64,000 bases of DNA from Chromatiales bacterium (GCA_026982555.1 JALSGT010000076.1:1309-65308), one strand, 5' to 3'; shown: positions 41,867-52,200, counted from the first letter of the stretch. Numbers and translations: made by a program. Notes: a model not told the origin generated them from the letters alone.

Positions 41867-42756
41867 AAAGTTGATAGGCAGATTCAGGTGCTGCTACTCG
41901 CGCTGGCAAAAAAACTAGGGAACTGATATTTTTTGTTGTAACCGTTCCTGGTTTCCTGAATGTCTAACGGGGTTGATGCTTCCCGGGTTGTTTTTTTGGT
42001 TGATTCGATAACATTGCATATATGCGGAACCTAAGCTTGGTGTTGCCAGCATGTTTGTTGATTAATTTAGGTTAAATGGCATGTGCTATTAGCGGTATCT
42101 GATTAATATCAGTTGCGAGCCGGAAATGCGGGCACCACAAGTCCCCTAAAGAATATAGTGTGTATTTGTTGGTGTTAAAGGTCGCTGTGTTTCGTGAGCT
42201 CATTAAGCCGGGTAAGTTTTGATAGCAGGCTGTAATTATTTTTGGTGTATTATAGCGAGGGTAATCTACAGGTTTTTATCCGAAACTGATACTTTCTTTT
42301 TTGGGCACTCAACTGTTGCTATCAAATCAATGCGCGTATTTAAAAGTGCAAAGCGCAACCATTCTATTGGGTCTCTGTGTTTAGCGAATATTTCACGGGA
42401 ATCCTGTAGGTCAGTCAGTATAGTTTTTATTAAACTGCTGGTTTCTATTATTTGTGAGTGTGTGATTGCGGAATATACAAATATCGGTGATAAGGGCGAA
42501 GTATTACCGCAGTATTTTGGTATGAAGAGCCTTTATAATCTATTGAAAAAACACAAGGTTTGTGGAAACATAGGCGCTGTTGGATGTGATGTTTTATCTG
42601 CATACTGTGTATCTAAATAGTAGATATTCACCGATGCACACTGATGCACAACAGTAGCTTGCTGGATATGCTTGTTCATACGGAAATGTCTTGTCATTAA
42701 AGGAGAGTGAAAGAACCTGATACCTACATTAACTGGAAATTTTTACACTATTTTTT

Positions 42757-44526
42757 ATGGATAAAGATACATTATTGTCATTGAGTAAAACGGGTTTCAC
42801 TGGCGCAGACCTGATTCTGTATTTTCTTGAACAAATAGGCGTTGAATATATTTTTGGAATACCCGGTGGCGCGATTGAGCCACTGTACGACTCGCTTGCC
42901 CGAAGTGCCCGAAATGATGGAATTCGACCGATTGTCACCCGTCATGAGGCAAGTTCTGTTTTTGCCGCTGATGGTTACACAAGGCAAACCGGAAAGCTCG
43001 GAGTCTGTTGTGCAACCACGGGCCCGGGAGCGACCAATTTAATTACTGGCGTTGCCAATGCCTATGCGAACCATGTTCCTTTATTGGTGATAACGGCACA
43101 AACAGCCCTGCCAACGTTTGGGCGGGGTGCGTTTCAGGAGTCATCTGACGCGGGTATAGACGTGGTAGGCATGTTTCAATATTGCACACGCTACAGCAGT
43201 CTCGTTTCCCATACTGACCAGATCGAGCAGAAGCTTGTCACTGCCATTATGACGGCAATGCATTCTCCAAAAGGTCCGGTGCATCTTAGTATTCCAATTG
43301 ATGTCTTACGTGCAATGGCACGCCCGCCTCATGAACATGTTGATCTCAATAAGTTGCTCAGGGCAAACGCCACTTGCGATCAAACGGCATTGCGCGAACT
43401 TTATTCAAATATTGTTAAAAATAATAAATTTGCATTGGTGTTGGGCGGGGAATGCGGGGAAGCTACGGGTCTCATTCTGGAGTTGGCCGGATTGCTGGAT
43501 GCAAGCATTGTTACCACCCCGCATGGTAAAGGGCTGGTAGGTTCAAACCTTAGTTGTTACAAAGGTGTCATTGGTTTTGCAGGACATGACAGTGCGCGAA
43601 GAGCGCTGAGTGAAGAAAATGCGGATATTGTCATTGCGGTTGAAACCAACCTGAGTGAATGGGCGAGTAGTGGCTGGAGTGAAGATTATCTTCTTAACAG
43701 GCGTTTAATACATATCGATTCAACAGAGGAAAATATGACCCGCTCCCCTATGGCAAGACTGCACGTTCGGGGAAATATTCTGGCCATCTTTGAGCAGCTG
43801 CTAGAGTTGATCAGAAGCAACAAGCCCGCATTAAGCGCGCCTGAAAACATCAATACGCCTTCTGGTTTGCATGCAACGCTGACGCCTGATGAGCAGGAGC
43901 TTATGCTTTCTGATGCAATACCCATTAAGCCCCAGCGATTGATGTATGAACTAAATCAGTTATTCCCATCGAATACCCGCTTCTTTGCGGATACGGGAAA
44001 CAGTGTTGCCTGGGCGATACACTATCTTCAGCCGACAGATCGGCGCAGTGTCAGGCGGCGTGGTATCAATGCCGGATTGTTTCGGAGCAGTATTGAGTTT
44101 TCGTCAATGGGCTGGGCAATCGGTTCGTCCGTGGGAGCGGCGTTAGGTTATCAGGATGGCCCCGTCGTGTGCATTACGGGTGACGGCAGCTTTATGATGC
44201 ATGGACAGGAATTAAGTGTTGCGGTTGGTGAAAGGCTGTCCATTGTCTTTGTCATTCTGAATGATGCAGCTTTAGGTATGGTCAAGCATGGGCAGCGACT
44301 GAATAACGCTGAGCCGATTGCGTTTGAGCTTCCGCCCACAGACTTTTGTGCGATAGCCAAGGCAATGGGGGCTCGGGGATATATTGTCAGGTCTTCGGAT
44401 GATCTGCAAAATCTGGATTTTGATAACCTGGCTTCAAACCGTGGCCCTGTCGTACTTGATGTGAGAATCGATGGAGAAGAAATACCGCCAATGGGTGTGC
44501 GGATTCAGGGGTTGGCAGCGGGATAG
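42757..44526 (+). CDS. Thiamine-diphosphate-dependent enzyme, acetolactate synthase large-subunit family
   Basis: GIPGGAIEPLYD, HEASSVFAADGY, TTGPGATNL and the C-terminal TPP motif GDGSFMM..NDAALG. There is no small-subunit gene nearby. Confidence 0.85.
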   Translation: MDKDTLLSLSKTGFTGADLILYFLEQIGVEYIFGIPGGAIEPLYDSLARSARNDGIRPIVTRHEASSVFAADGYTRQTGKLGVCCATTGPGATNLITGVANAYANHVPLLVITAQTALPTFGRGAFQESSDAGIDVVGMFQYCTRYSSLVSHTDQIEQKLVTAIMTAMHSPKGPVHLSIPIDVLRAMARPPHEHVDLNKLLRANATCDQTALRELYSNIVKNNKFALVLGGECGEATGLILELAGLLDASIVTTPHGKGLVGSNLSCYKGVIGFAGHDSARRALSEENADIVIAVETNLSEWASSGWSEDYLLNRRLIHIDSTEENMTRSPMARLHVRGNILAIFEQLLELIRSNKPALSAPENINTPSGLHATLTPDEQELMLSDAIPIKPQRLMYELNQLFPSNTRFFADTGNSVAWAIHYLQPTDRRSVRRRGINAGLFRSSIEFSSMGWAIGSSVGAALGYQDGPVVCITGDGSFMMHGQELSVAVGERLSIVFVILNDAALGMVKHGQRLNNAEPIAFELPPTDFCAIAKAMGARGYIVRSSDDLQNLDFDNLASNRGPVVLDVRIDGEEIPPMGVRIQGLAAG

Positions 44527-44542
44527 CGGATGTCTGGCATTT

Positions 44543-45139
44543 TTAATGGCGATTATTCCGTGTCAGCATATCCATTGCGGCATTGATGGCTTGCAAGCGT
44601 TGTTTATCACCGCCACGATCAGGGTGGTGTTCCATGACCAGTCGTCGATGCCGGGTTTTGATGGTTGTCCAGTCAACGGGGTCGTTTAATCCTAATTCCT
44701 CCAGCGCATTGTGTCGGTCATCATTGCGTGCAAAGCGCTGCCAGAATTTTTCCAGCAATAACTCGACCTCATTGGCATCGGTGTTGTTCAGGTTGTCAAC
44801 GTTCAGATAATAGTCGCGCAGTGGGTTGTGTACGGATAATGCCGGGCGGGCAGCGTTGTTGCCGGGCAGTAGCTGTATGCACAATGGGTTGATTTCAAGG
44901 TGGATGTCGTCGTTGCGCCACAGTTGGTCGTGCAATTGGTAAAGGCTGTGAAAAAGAAAAAAATGCGTTTGAAATAATGACAAATTGTCGCGCAGGCAGT
45001 CGGTATCAAAATGAGATTCGCCAGCAGAGCCCAGTGTGCGAATCAGTTCGTATTCACTGATGCCGGCAGGGTGAGCGCGCAACACTTTCAGTAGCCGTTG
45101 CAAAAACAATTGCTGTGCTGGAAAAGTGTTGGCACTCAT
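44543..45139 (-). CDS. DNA-J related protein with C-terminal J domain
   Basis: The C-terminal HPDRGGD J-domain motif follows a DNAJ_related-like N-terminal region. Confidence 0.75.
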   Translation of the reverse strand: MSANTFPAQQLFLQRLLKVLRAHPAGISEYELIRTLGSAGESHFDTDCLRDNLSLFQTHFFLFHSLYQLHDQLWRNDDIHLEINPLCIQLLPGNNAARPALSVHNPLRDYYLNVDNLNNTDANEVELLLEKFWQRFARNDDRHNALEELGLNDPVDWTTIKTRHRRLVMEHHPDRGGDKQRLQAINAAMDMLTRNNRH

Positions 45140-45205
45140 GTCGGCGGCAAATGACGCTTCAGTCTGGGGCTTTCACGCGCCATCCTAAGCCCGACAGGCT
45201 CCTGA

Positions 45206-45883
45206 TTAATTGACCTTGATCAATTCGATTTCAAAAATCAATGTTTCATTAGGGCCGATGATGCCGCCGGAACCGCGTTCGCCATAGGCCAGTTCGGCCG
45301 GAATAAATACCTGCCATTTATCACCTTCATGCATCAATGGCAGCACTTCTTTCCAGCCAGCGATGACCTGGTTAACGTTAAATGTGGCTGGTTGGTTCCG
45401 ACTGTAAGAGCTGTCGAATTCTCTGCCGTCGATCAATGTACCTTTATAATGAGCTGTAATCGACGAGTCAGCAGCGGGTTGTTTGCCTTTGCCTATACTG
45501 ATGACTTTGTATTGCAGTCCGCTGTCACGGGTAATGACATCTTTTTTCTTTTTGTTGGCGGCAAGGTAGGCTTCGCCGGCAGCCTTGGCTTTTTCGCCAC
45601 TGGCAGCGCGCGCAGCCAGCATTTTTTGCTGTGCGGATTCCATGGTGGCGCGCATTTCATCGGCGCTGAGTTGTGGTGTTTTGTCATTCAATACGTCATT
45701 GATCGCTTGCGACATAGCGTTGGTATCAATTTCCAGGTTGTCGCGTTTAAATCCCTGGCCGATCTGGAAACCAATGGCATAACTGAATTTTTCTTTGTCG
45801 GTGTCAGGTTTTGCTGCGCTGATGGCGGTGCTATGCAGAGCAATAATGGCGGCGAGGCCGCTAAATAATAGTGGGTTTTTCAC
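45206..45883 (-). CDS. fkpA: Periplasmic FKBP-type peptidyl-prolyl cis-trans isomerase
   Basis: Signal peptide, FKBP_N-like helical domain, and FKBP domain (YKGTLIDGREFDSS..GWKE..IPAELAYG). Confidence 0.85.
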   Translation of the reverse strand: MKNPLLFSGLAAIIALHSTAISAAKPDTDKEKFSYAIGFQIGQGFKRDNLEIDTNAMSQAINDVLNDKTPQLSADEMRATMESAQQKMLAARAASGEKAKAAGEAYLAANKKKKDVITRDSGLQYKVISIGKGKQPAADSSITAHYKGTLIDGREFDSSYSRNQPATFNVNQVIAGWKEVLPLMHEGDKWQVFIPAELAYGERGSGGIIGPNETLIFEIELIKVN

Positions 45884-45937
45884 AGTGTTTCCTTGCTTGT
45901 TAAGGTTTCAGGGTGGGTAAATTATAATGCAATACTG

Positions 45938-46744
45938 TTACAGATATTGAGTCCAGTCAAAACCTGGATCACCAATCACCAGAAAATAAGGGTTCAATAG
46001 CTCATCCTTGGTATTGTACCGCAGAGGTTGCATATCGGTCTTGGTAATACGTCCACCCGCTTCTTCCACGACGCATTGTGCGGCGGCGGTGTCCCATTCC
46101 GAAGTGGGCCCCAGGCGCGGATAGATATCGGCGTGACCTTCAGCCACCAGGCAGGATTTCAGCGAACTGCCCATGCTGATTATTTCGTAATCACCCACTT
46201 TTTGCAGAAAGGCTTCCAGTGAGCCGCCGCGATGTGAGCGGCTGCCAGCAATAACGGTATTGCCGATAGTTTTGCGTCGGGTGTGAATAGCAATGGTTTT
46301 GCTTCCGTTATTACTGATGTCTCCAGGGGTTTTTTTGAAAGCGCCCATGCCGCGTGCAGCATAATAGGTAGCGCCGGTAACGGGAGCATAAACAACACCG
46401 AGTACCGATTCGTGATTGTCGATCAGTGCGATGTTAACGGTAAATTCGCCATTGCGTTTAACAAATTCACGAGTGCCATCCAGAGGGTCCACCAGCCAGT
46501 AGCGTTGCCATAGGGCGCGTTTCGCAAAGGGAATAACGGCAGATTCTTCCGAAAGAACAGGAATGTCTGGAGTGAGTCGGTTAAGGCCTTCGATAATAAT
46601 ATGATGAGCAGCCATGTCAGCGGCAGTGAGAGGGGTATTGTCGGATTTTTGTTCGACGTCAAAATCAGTATTATAAATTTCCAGGATGCGATGCCCCGCC
46701 ACAATTGCCAGCTTGATAATGTCATCGATTAATTCACTGCTCAC
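45938..46744 (-). CDS. cysQ: 3'(2'),5'-bisphosphate nucleotidase
   Basis: Inositol monophosphatase fold motifs (LSEES, WLVDPLDGTREF, WDTAA). Confidence 0.9.
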   Translation of the reverse strand: MSSELIDDIIKLAIVAGHRILEIYNTDFDVEQKSDNTPLTAADMAAHHIIIEGLNRLTPDIPVLSEESAVIPFAKRALWQRYWLVDPLDGTREFVKRNGEFTVNIALIDNHESVLGVVYAPVTGATYYAARGMGAFKKTPGDISNNGSKTIAIHTRRKTIGNTVIAGSRSHRGGSLEAFLQKVGDYEIISMGSSLKSCLVAEGHADIYPRLGPTSEWDTAAAQCVVEEAGGRITKTDMQPLRYNTKDELLNPYFLVIGDPGFDWTQYL

Positions 46745-46783
46745 AATATGCTCCCCTGCTGCGGAAAATAAGAGTGGAACCTG

Positions 46784-47365
46784 CTACGCGGTTCGTGTTG
46801 CCAGGTGTGCCTGCACCATAAATAAAGCCGCAATGCTGCGTGCTTCTGTACATTCCTTTTGTTTTAACAGCTCGGGCAGGGCATCCAGTTGCCAGGGTAC
46901 TACGTCTATTTTTTCGGGCTCGTCTCCAGCGTGTCGTTCTTCGTAAAGGTCTTCCGCCAGCACGATATGTGTTTCATGGCTGAGGTATCCCGGTGCGACG
47001 GTCAGGCTGGTGAAGTGCTGGAGTTTGCGGGCACCGTAGCCGATTTCCTCCATGATTTCACGATTTGCAGCATTGAGCAGGGGTTCGTTGGCCTCGATGC
47101 GTCCTTTGGGCAGGGCCAGCTCGTAGCGATGAACACCCGTGGCATATTCACGAATCAGTAATACTGTGTTGTCATCGAGCATAGGAACAATAAGCACGGC
47201 TCCGTGTTCAGAACCGATCAATCGCTCATGACGAACTTCGGTGCCATTGGAAAAACGCAGGTCGCGTCGCTCAATCCGGAAGATGTTAGTGTGCGCAATA
47301 ATTTCTGAGTGCAGCACTTCCGGCTTGGTGCGTAGTGTTTTCTTTTGAAGGGGTTTTTTGCTCAT
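46784..47365 (-). CDS. nudE: ADP compounds hydrolase (Nudix)
   Basis: Nudix box GRIEANEPLLNAANREIMEEIG. It is colinear with E. coli NudE from memory. Confidence 0.88.
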   Translation of the reverse strand: MSKKPLQKKTLRTKPEVLHSEIIAHTNIFRIERRDLRFSNGTEVRHERLIGSEHGAVLIVPMLDDNTVLLIREYATGVHRYELALPKGRIEANEPLLNAANREIMEEIGYGARKLQHFTSLTVAPGYLSHETHIVLAEDLYEERHAGDEPEKIDVVPWQLDALPELLKQKECTEARSIAALFMVQAHLATRTA

Positions 47366-47853
47366 GGTGAGCCCTTTCCCGTTTTTGAGGTGCGTGTTGG
47401 CTGATAGACCTATTGTGATTGAGGTATTGATTATACGCTCTTTTCATTCCACAGCATCGTAGAATTTCTTGCAACAGACCTGTTATTGCGCATCATTCTG
47501 CCTGGTTTAAAGGTGTCAGCTTTCGCCTGAAAGTATCTGTTTTTGGTGGTGCTGCAGAATAAATACGATACACACTTAACACTTGAATCCTGGTTACCTG
47601 CGGGTAATCGGTATATGCCAAATGAGCATTAATTTATTTTCATGTGAGTGCCATAGTAGCTGTTGCATAGTGTGATAGCACGAAAAAAACTGAAAAATGT
47701 TTTTATGGCGTTGCTTAAAATGCCAAAAGAGTCTATAAAACAGGGCAAATCGATGAAGGTCGGTTTGTTAACAGTATTGCTCGGCCGTAAACCGGATTCT
47801 GTTCATCAAAAAATTAATCATACTCAAGTAATTACCCAACCGGGAGAGTGAAA

Positions 47854-48246
47854 ATGGTAAAGAAGAAGGCAGTAAAGAAAAAAACCGCGAAAAAGAAAAC
47901 CGCAAAAAAGGCAGCGCCTGCAAAGCGCGTGGCTGCAATTAAAGAACCCATGACAAAAACCGCATTGTTCGCCAATATTGCGGAGGTCACTGAACTCTCC
48001 AAGAAAGATGTCGTCAAGGTGTTTGAGGCTTTGTCCGATGTTATCAATGGCCACATCAAAAAGAATGCTGTTGGCACATTTACCCTGCCAGGTCTCCTCA
48101 AGATAAAAACGGTACGCAAACCTGCGACCAAAAAACGCAAGGGTGTTAATCCTTTCACTGGCGAAGATACCATCTTCAAAGCCAAGCCAGCACGCACAGT
48201 GGTTAAGGTTTTACCTCTGAAGAAGATGAAAGATATGACCGGCTAA
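47854..48246 (+). CDS. HU-family DNA-binding protein with Lys-rich N-terminal extension
   Basis: The HU fold region is TKTALFANIAEVTELSKKDVVKVFEAL..GTFTLPGLLKIK..NPFTGE. It is preceded by about 32 aa of KKKAVKKKTAKKKTAKKAAP. The GGAGA SD favours the ATG at 47854. Confidence 0.8.
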   Translation: MVKKKAVKKKTAKKKTAKKAAPAKRVAAIKEPMTKTALFANIAEVTELSKKDVVKVFEALSDVINGHIKKNAVGTFTLPGLLKIKTVRKPATKKRKGVNPFTGEDTIFKAKPARTVVKVLPLKKMKDMTG

Positions 48247-48281
48247 ACGTATTTTTATTATCGTTGGAAAAGTGATTGAAT

Positions 48282-48312
48282 AGTGGGGGCCATTGGCTCC
48301 CACTTTTTTTTG
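48282..48312 (+). terminator. Rho-independent terminator after the HU-like gene
   Basis: 10-bp stem AGTGGGGGCC/GGCTCCCACT (one G-U pair) with loop ATTG, then T8. Confidence 0.8.
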
Positions 48313-48323
48313 TCTGATGATTT

Positions 48324-49367
48324 TTAGGTTGGGGTTAACGTATCAATGGGCCAGCGGGGTTGTGCGCTAAAATGTTTGTCTTGTTTTTGTCCTGCTGCCA
48401 GCCGCAATGAGCCTGCGAAGGCGATCATTGCACCGTTATCAGTACAGAATGCCGGGCGGGGATAAAAAATCCCGAAGCCTTCTTTTTTTGCGAGCCGGGA
48501 AAGTCGTTCCCGCAAGGTGTGATTGGCGCTGACGCCACCGGCAATGACCAGCCGCGTTAACCCGGTCTGTTGCAGCGCACGTTTGCATTTGATGGCAAAG
48601 GTCTCTGCTACAGCGTCTTCAAAGGCGCGAGCGATATCGGCATGAGTTTGCTGCGGGTCTATGTTGCCCGCAGTGTTAGCGCGTAATGTGGTGATGGCAA
48701 AGGTCTTGAGTCCACTGAAACTGAAATCGAGCCCGGGACGGTTGGTCATGGGTCGAGGAAAATGGAAGCGCTTCGGGTTGCCTTGTTTTGCCAGCTTCGC
48801 CAGAGCAGGGCCGCCGGGGTAATCCAATCCCAGCAGTTTGGCCGTTTTGTCGAAGGCCTCTCCGGCAGCATCGTCAAGGGTCTCGCCGAGAATGGTGTAC
48901 TGTCCCACGCCGTTTACCTCCACCAGCAAGGTGTGTCCACCGGAGACCAGCAGGGCGACAAAGGGAAATGCAGGTGGATTTTCTTCCAGCAGCGGAGCCA
49001 GCAGGTGCCCTTCCATGTGATGTACAGCCACGGCCGGTACATCCCAGGCCCAGGCCAGGCTGCGACCGATACTGGTGCCTACTAATAGTGCGCCCACCAG
49101 CCCTGGTCCAGCGGTATAAGCGACACCCGTGATGTCTTGTTTGTTGCGGCCTGCATCGTTGAGCACCTGTTGAATCAACGGCAGTGTTTTACGTACATGG
49201 TCGCGAGAGGCCAGTTCCGGCACCACGCCACCGTAATCAGCATGGAGTTCAATCTGACTGTAAAGTGCATCGGCGAGCAGGCCGTGTTCATTATGGTAGA
49301 GCGCGATGCCGGTTTCGTCGCAGGAAGTTTCGATGCCTAAAGTCAGAGATGGGGTTTGATAAGACAC
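48324..49367 (-). CDS. tsaD: tRNA N6-adenosine threonylcarbamoyltransferase
   Basis: [11 protein letters not shown] and the HMEGH motif. It is divergent from rpsU. GTG at 49367 is preferred because the longer ORF overlaps the rpsU promoter. Confidence 0.93.
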   Translation of the reverse strand: MSYQTPSLTLGIETSCDETGIALYHNEHGLLADALYSQIELHADYGGVVPELASRDHVRKTLPLIQQVLNDAGRNKQDITGVAYTAGPGLVGALLVGTSIGRSLAWAWDVPAVAVHHMEGHLLAPLLEENPPAFPFVALLVSGGHTLLVEVNGVGQYTILGETLDDAAGEAFDKTAKLLGLDYPGGPALAKLAKQGNPKRFHFPRPMTNRPGLDFSFSGLKTFAITTLRANTAGNIDPQQTHADIARAFEDAVAETFAIKCKRALQQTGLTRLVIAGGVSANHTLRERLSRLAKKEGFGIFYPRPAFCTDNGAMIAFAGSLRLAAGQKQDKHFSAQPRWPIDTLTPT

Positions 49368-49404
49368 TTTTCTGTGCTCTGTGGAGAGTTTTTGGTCGGA
49401 TACT

Positions 49405-49433
49405 TTGCATTTGTGTGCGTAAATGACTAGAAT
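49405..49433 (+). promoter_or_regulatory. Sigma-70-like promoter upstream of rpsU
   Basis: TTGCAT, a 17-nt spacer, then TAGAAT, about 105 nt upstream of the rpsU ATG. Confidence 0.55.
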
Positions 49434-49538
49434 TCCCGGCTCGCTGCGTTGGCTGGGTCTCCATGTCCTGTGGCACCGCAAAGTATAAAGAAAAAATGTA
49501 TCGCAAAGTATGTTTACTGTAAAAGGATTGGAAAACCA

Positions 49539-49754
49539 ATGCCGAATGTTCGTGTAAGAGAAAATGAGCCCTTTGATATTGCGCTGCGCCGTTTCAAGCG
49601 CTCTTGTGAAAAAGCCGGGGTGCTCACCGAAGTGCGTCGTCGTGAATTTTACGAAAAGCCCACCCAGGCCCGTCAGCGTAAAATGGCTGCTGCGGTTAAG
49701 CGCCAGCTGAAAAAGACTTCCCGGGATATCACGCGCCGCAAGCGTCTCTACTGA
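49539..49754 (+). CDS. rpsU: 30S ribosomal protein S21
   Basis: [27 protein letters not shown]. Confidence 0.97.
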   Translation: MPNVRVRENEPFDIALRRFKRSCEKAGVLTEVRRREFYEKPTQARQRKMAAAVKRQLKKTSRDITRRKRLY

Positions 49755-49834
49755 TTCCCGATGTTTGCTCCCTGCTGATTACAGCAGAGAGTGAAGATTC
49801 CTTATCTGTTTTTTTCCACTGCTCAGGTGATCTC

Positions 49835-50290
49835 ATGACGGATTCAGCGCTCAAGCAAAGATTGACTGAAGACATGAAAGCCGCGATGCGCAGCAAAGAC
49901 AAGCCACGCCTGGGCGTGGTGCGCCTGGTGCTGGCCGCCATTAAGCAACGCGAAGTTGATGAACGTATCGATCTGGATGATACGCAGGTACTGGCAGTGC
50001 TGGATAAAATGGTCAAGCAGCGTCGTGATTCGGTAAAACAGTTCGAAGATGCAGGGCGTCAGGAGCTGGCTGAGCAGGAAAGCTATGAGATCAGCGTCTT
50101 GCAGGAATATCTGCCCGCTGCACTGGACGAAGCCGAACTTGATGCGTTGATTGCTGCTGCTATGGACAGCGCTGGCGCTGAATCCATGAAAGACATGGGC
50201 AAAGTGATGGCCGTACTTAAACCCCAGGTGCAGGGGCGGGCGGATATGGGTGCGGTTAGTCAGAAAATTAAACAGCGACTGGCCGGGTAG
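49835..50290 (+). CDS. GatB/YqeY domain protein
   Basis: LKQRLTEDMKAAMRSKDK..LQEYLP. Its position between rpsU and dnaG matches Pseudomonas. Confidence 0.88.
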   Translation: MTDSALKQRLTEDMKAAMRSKDKPRLGVVRLVLAAIKQREVDERIDLDDTQVLAVLDKMVKQRRDSVKQFEDAGRQELAEQESYEISVLQEYLPAALDEAELDALIAAAMDSAGAESMKDMGKVMAVLKPQVQGRADMGAVSQKIKQRLAG

Positions 50291-50442
50291 CGCAATAGAG
50301 AGTAGTGCCCGAGGAATTAGTGGCCTGATTGTCAGGAAAAGCCGGACACTGGGTGCTCATTTCTGACTGCTTCTGTTTGTTCACACGAATTTTTCGGGCT
50401 TATCATGCTGCCCCGAAAGCCCGGGCGTTATAGAATCCTCCC

Positions 50443-52200
50443 ATGTCCGGTCGTATCCCCACTTCTTTTATTGACGAACTGCTAGTGCGCGTGGACATTG
50501 TTGATGTTATCGACAGTCGTGTGCAGCTGAAAAAGACGGGTCGTGAATATCAAGCCTGTTGTCCCTTCCATAACGAAAAAACGCCCTCGTTTACGGTTAG
50601 TCCCGATAAACAGTTCTATCACTGCTTCGGTTGTGGTGCGCATGGCTCGGCGCTGGGTTTTCTCATGGAATACGAGCACCTGGATTTTGTGGAAGCTGTG
50701 GAGGAACTGGCTTCCGGGGCAGGCATGGAAGTGCCGCGCGAAAAGGGCCAGGTTTTCAGCGGGCAAAGCCATCATGACCTCTATGATGTAATGGAAAAGG
50801 CCACACAATTTTATCGTCAGCAGCTGAAACAACATGAACAGGCCTCGCGTGCCACGGAATATCTCAAAGGCCGTGGTCTCACCGGTGAAGTGGCCGCTGT
50901 GTTTGAACTGGGTTTTGCACCCCCGGGCTGGAACAATCTTGGCGTTTGCTTGCTGGCCCAGGGTGTAAGCGAAGCACAACTGGTACAGGCCGGGCTGATC
51001 GTGAAAAAAGACAGCGGCGGTTATTACGACCGGTTCCGTGAGCGCATTATGTTTCCAATCCGTGACCGTCGTGGCCGGGTGGTGGCTTTTGGTGGCAGGC
51101 AGCTGGGCAGTGATGACGGCCCCAAATATCTTAACTCCGCAGAAACGGCGATTTTTCATAAAGGTCGCGAGCTTTATGGCCTGTTTCAGGCCCGCAAGGC
51201 GGAACGCAAACTTGAGCGACTGCTGGTGGTGGAAGGTTACATGGATGTGGTGGCGCTGGCGCAATTCGGCGTGCGTAATGCAGTGGCCACGTTAGGTACG
51301 GCCACCACACATGACCACCTGGAGCGCCTGTTCCGGGTGGTGCCGCAAATTGTATTTTGTTTTGATGGTGACCGCGCCGGACGGCAGGCGGCGTGGCGCG
51401 CGATGGAAAATGCGTTGCCAATATTGAGTGAGGGACGACAAATTCTGTTTATGTTTCTGCCGGATGGCGAAGACCCGGACACGTTGGTGCGGAAAGAGGG
51501 CAAGGATGGATTCGAGGTGCGGGTCACAGACGCCACCTCATTTTCCGACTATTTTTTTGGCGAGTTAAGTGCGGCTGTTGATATGGCGAGTATCGATGGT
51601 CGGGCCCGGTTGGTGGAACAGGCGCGACCATTGCTGGAAAAGCTGCCGAAAGGTGTATTTCGGCACATGATGGCTGCACGTTTAGCGGAAATCGCTAAAG
51701 TTGATGTTTCAGCCCTTGGAGGGTTGATGACCGCAAGGCGTTCTCCACCACGGGCTCCGGTTCGAGCGGTGCCTGTTAAAGGAGTGCCTTCTCTCATGCG
51801 TACCGTCATCCAGCTATTATTGCACCGGCCAGCATTTATTCTGTGCGTAGATGACTGGTCAGTATTGCAAGGACTGGAACAGCCTGGCCTGCCATTATTG
51901 CAGAGACTGGTTGAATTGTTGCAACAGAACCCACAACTTAGTTGCGGGGCTATTGTCGAACATTGGCGTGCCCAGGGACAGAATGAAGAAGCCGGGCACC
52001 TTGCCCGGTTGGCGAGGCAGCCGTTAATGCTGCCGGAAGACGGACTGGAAACAGAGTTTATTGCAGCGGTCGAAAAACTGGCCATGCTGCGGGATGAGCA
52101 GCGCTGGGAATATCTGGAATCGAAGATACAGCTGGGTTCGGCCAGTGATGCCGAAAAAAGCGAATATTTTGCGCTAAGCTCCAGAAGCCGCCAGCGGTAA
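50443..52200 (+). CDS. dnaG: DNA primase
   Basis: Zn ribbon CPFHNEKTPSF..CFGCGAHG, TOPRIM domain (VVEGYMDV), and a C-terminal DnaB-binding domain. Confidence 0.96.
   Translation: MSGRIPTSFIDELLVRVDIVDVIDSRVQLKKTGREYQACCPFHNEKTPSFTVSPDKQFYHCFGCGAHGSALGFLMEYEHLDFVEAVEELASGAGMEVPREKGQVFSGQSHHDLYDVMEKATQFYRQQLKQHEQASRATEYLKGRGLTGEVAAVFELGFAPPGWNNLGVCLLAQGVSEAQLVQAGLIVKKDSGGYYDRFRERIMFPIRDRRGRVVAFGGRQLGSDDGPKYLNSAETAIFHKGRELYGLFQARKAERKLERLLVVEGYMDVVALAQFGVRNAVATLGTATTHDHLERLFRVVPQIVFCFDGDRAGRQAAWRAMENALPILSEGRQILFMFLPDGEDPDTLVRKEGKDGFEVRVTDATSFSDYFFGELSAAVDMASIDGRARLVEQARPLLEKLPKGVFRHMMAARLAEIAKVDVSALGGLMTARRSPPRAPVRAVPVKGVPSLMRTVIQLLLHRPAFILCVDDWSVLQGLEQPGLPLLQRLVELLQQNPQLSCGAIVEHWRAQGQNEEAGHLARLARQPLMLPEDGLETEFIAAVEKLAMLRDEQRWEYLESKIQLGSASDAEKSEYFALSSRSRQR

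Noticed and set aside
42219-42620. 133-aa ORF in the FIST/TPP divergent spacer
   Set aside because: It has a non-ATG start, no SD, and Cys/Ile-rich composition in AT-rich DNA. I flagged the region as non-coding of interest instead.
50482-51264. 260-aa minus-strand ORF inside dnaG, and similar ORFs at 51549-52085 and at 53098-53709 inside rpoD
   Set aside because: These are antisense to highly conserved genes and have no SD or recognisable motifs, so they are shadow ORFs.
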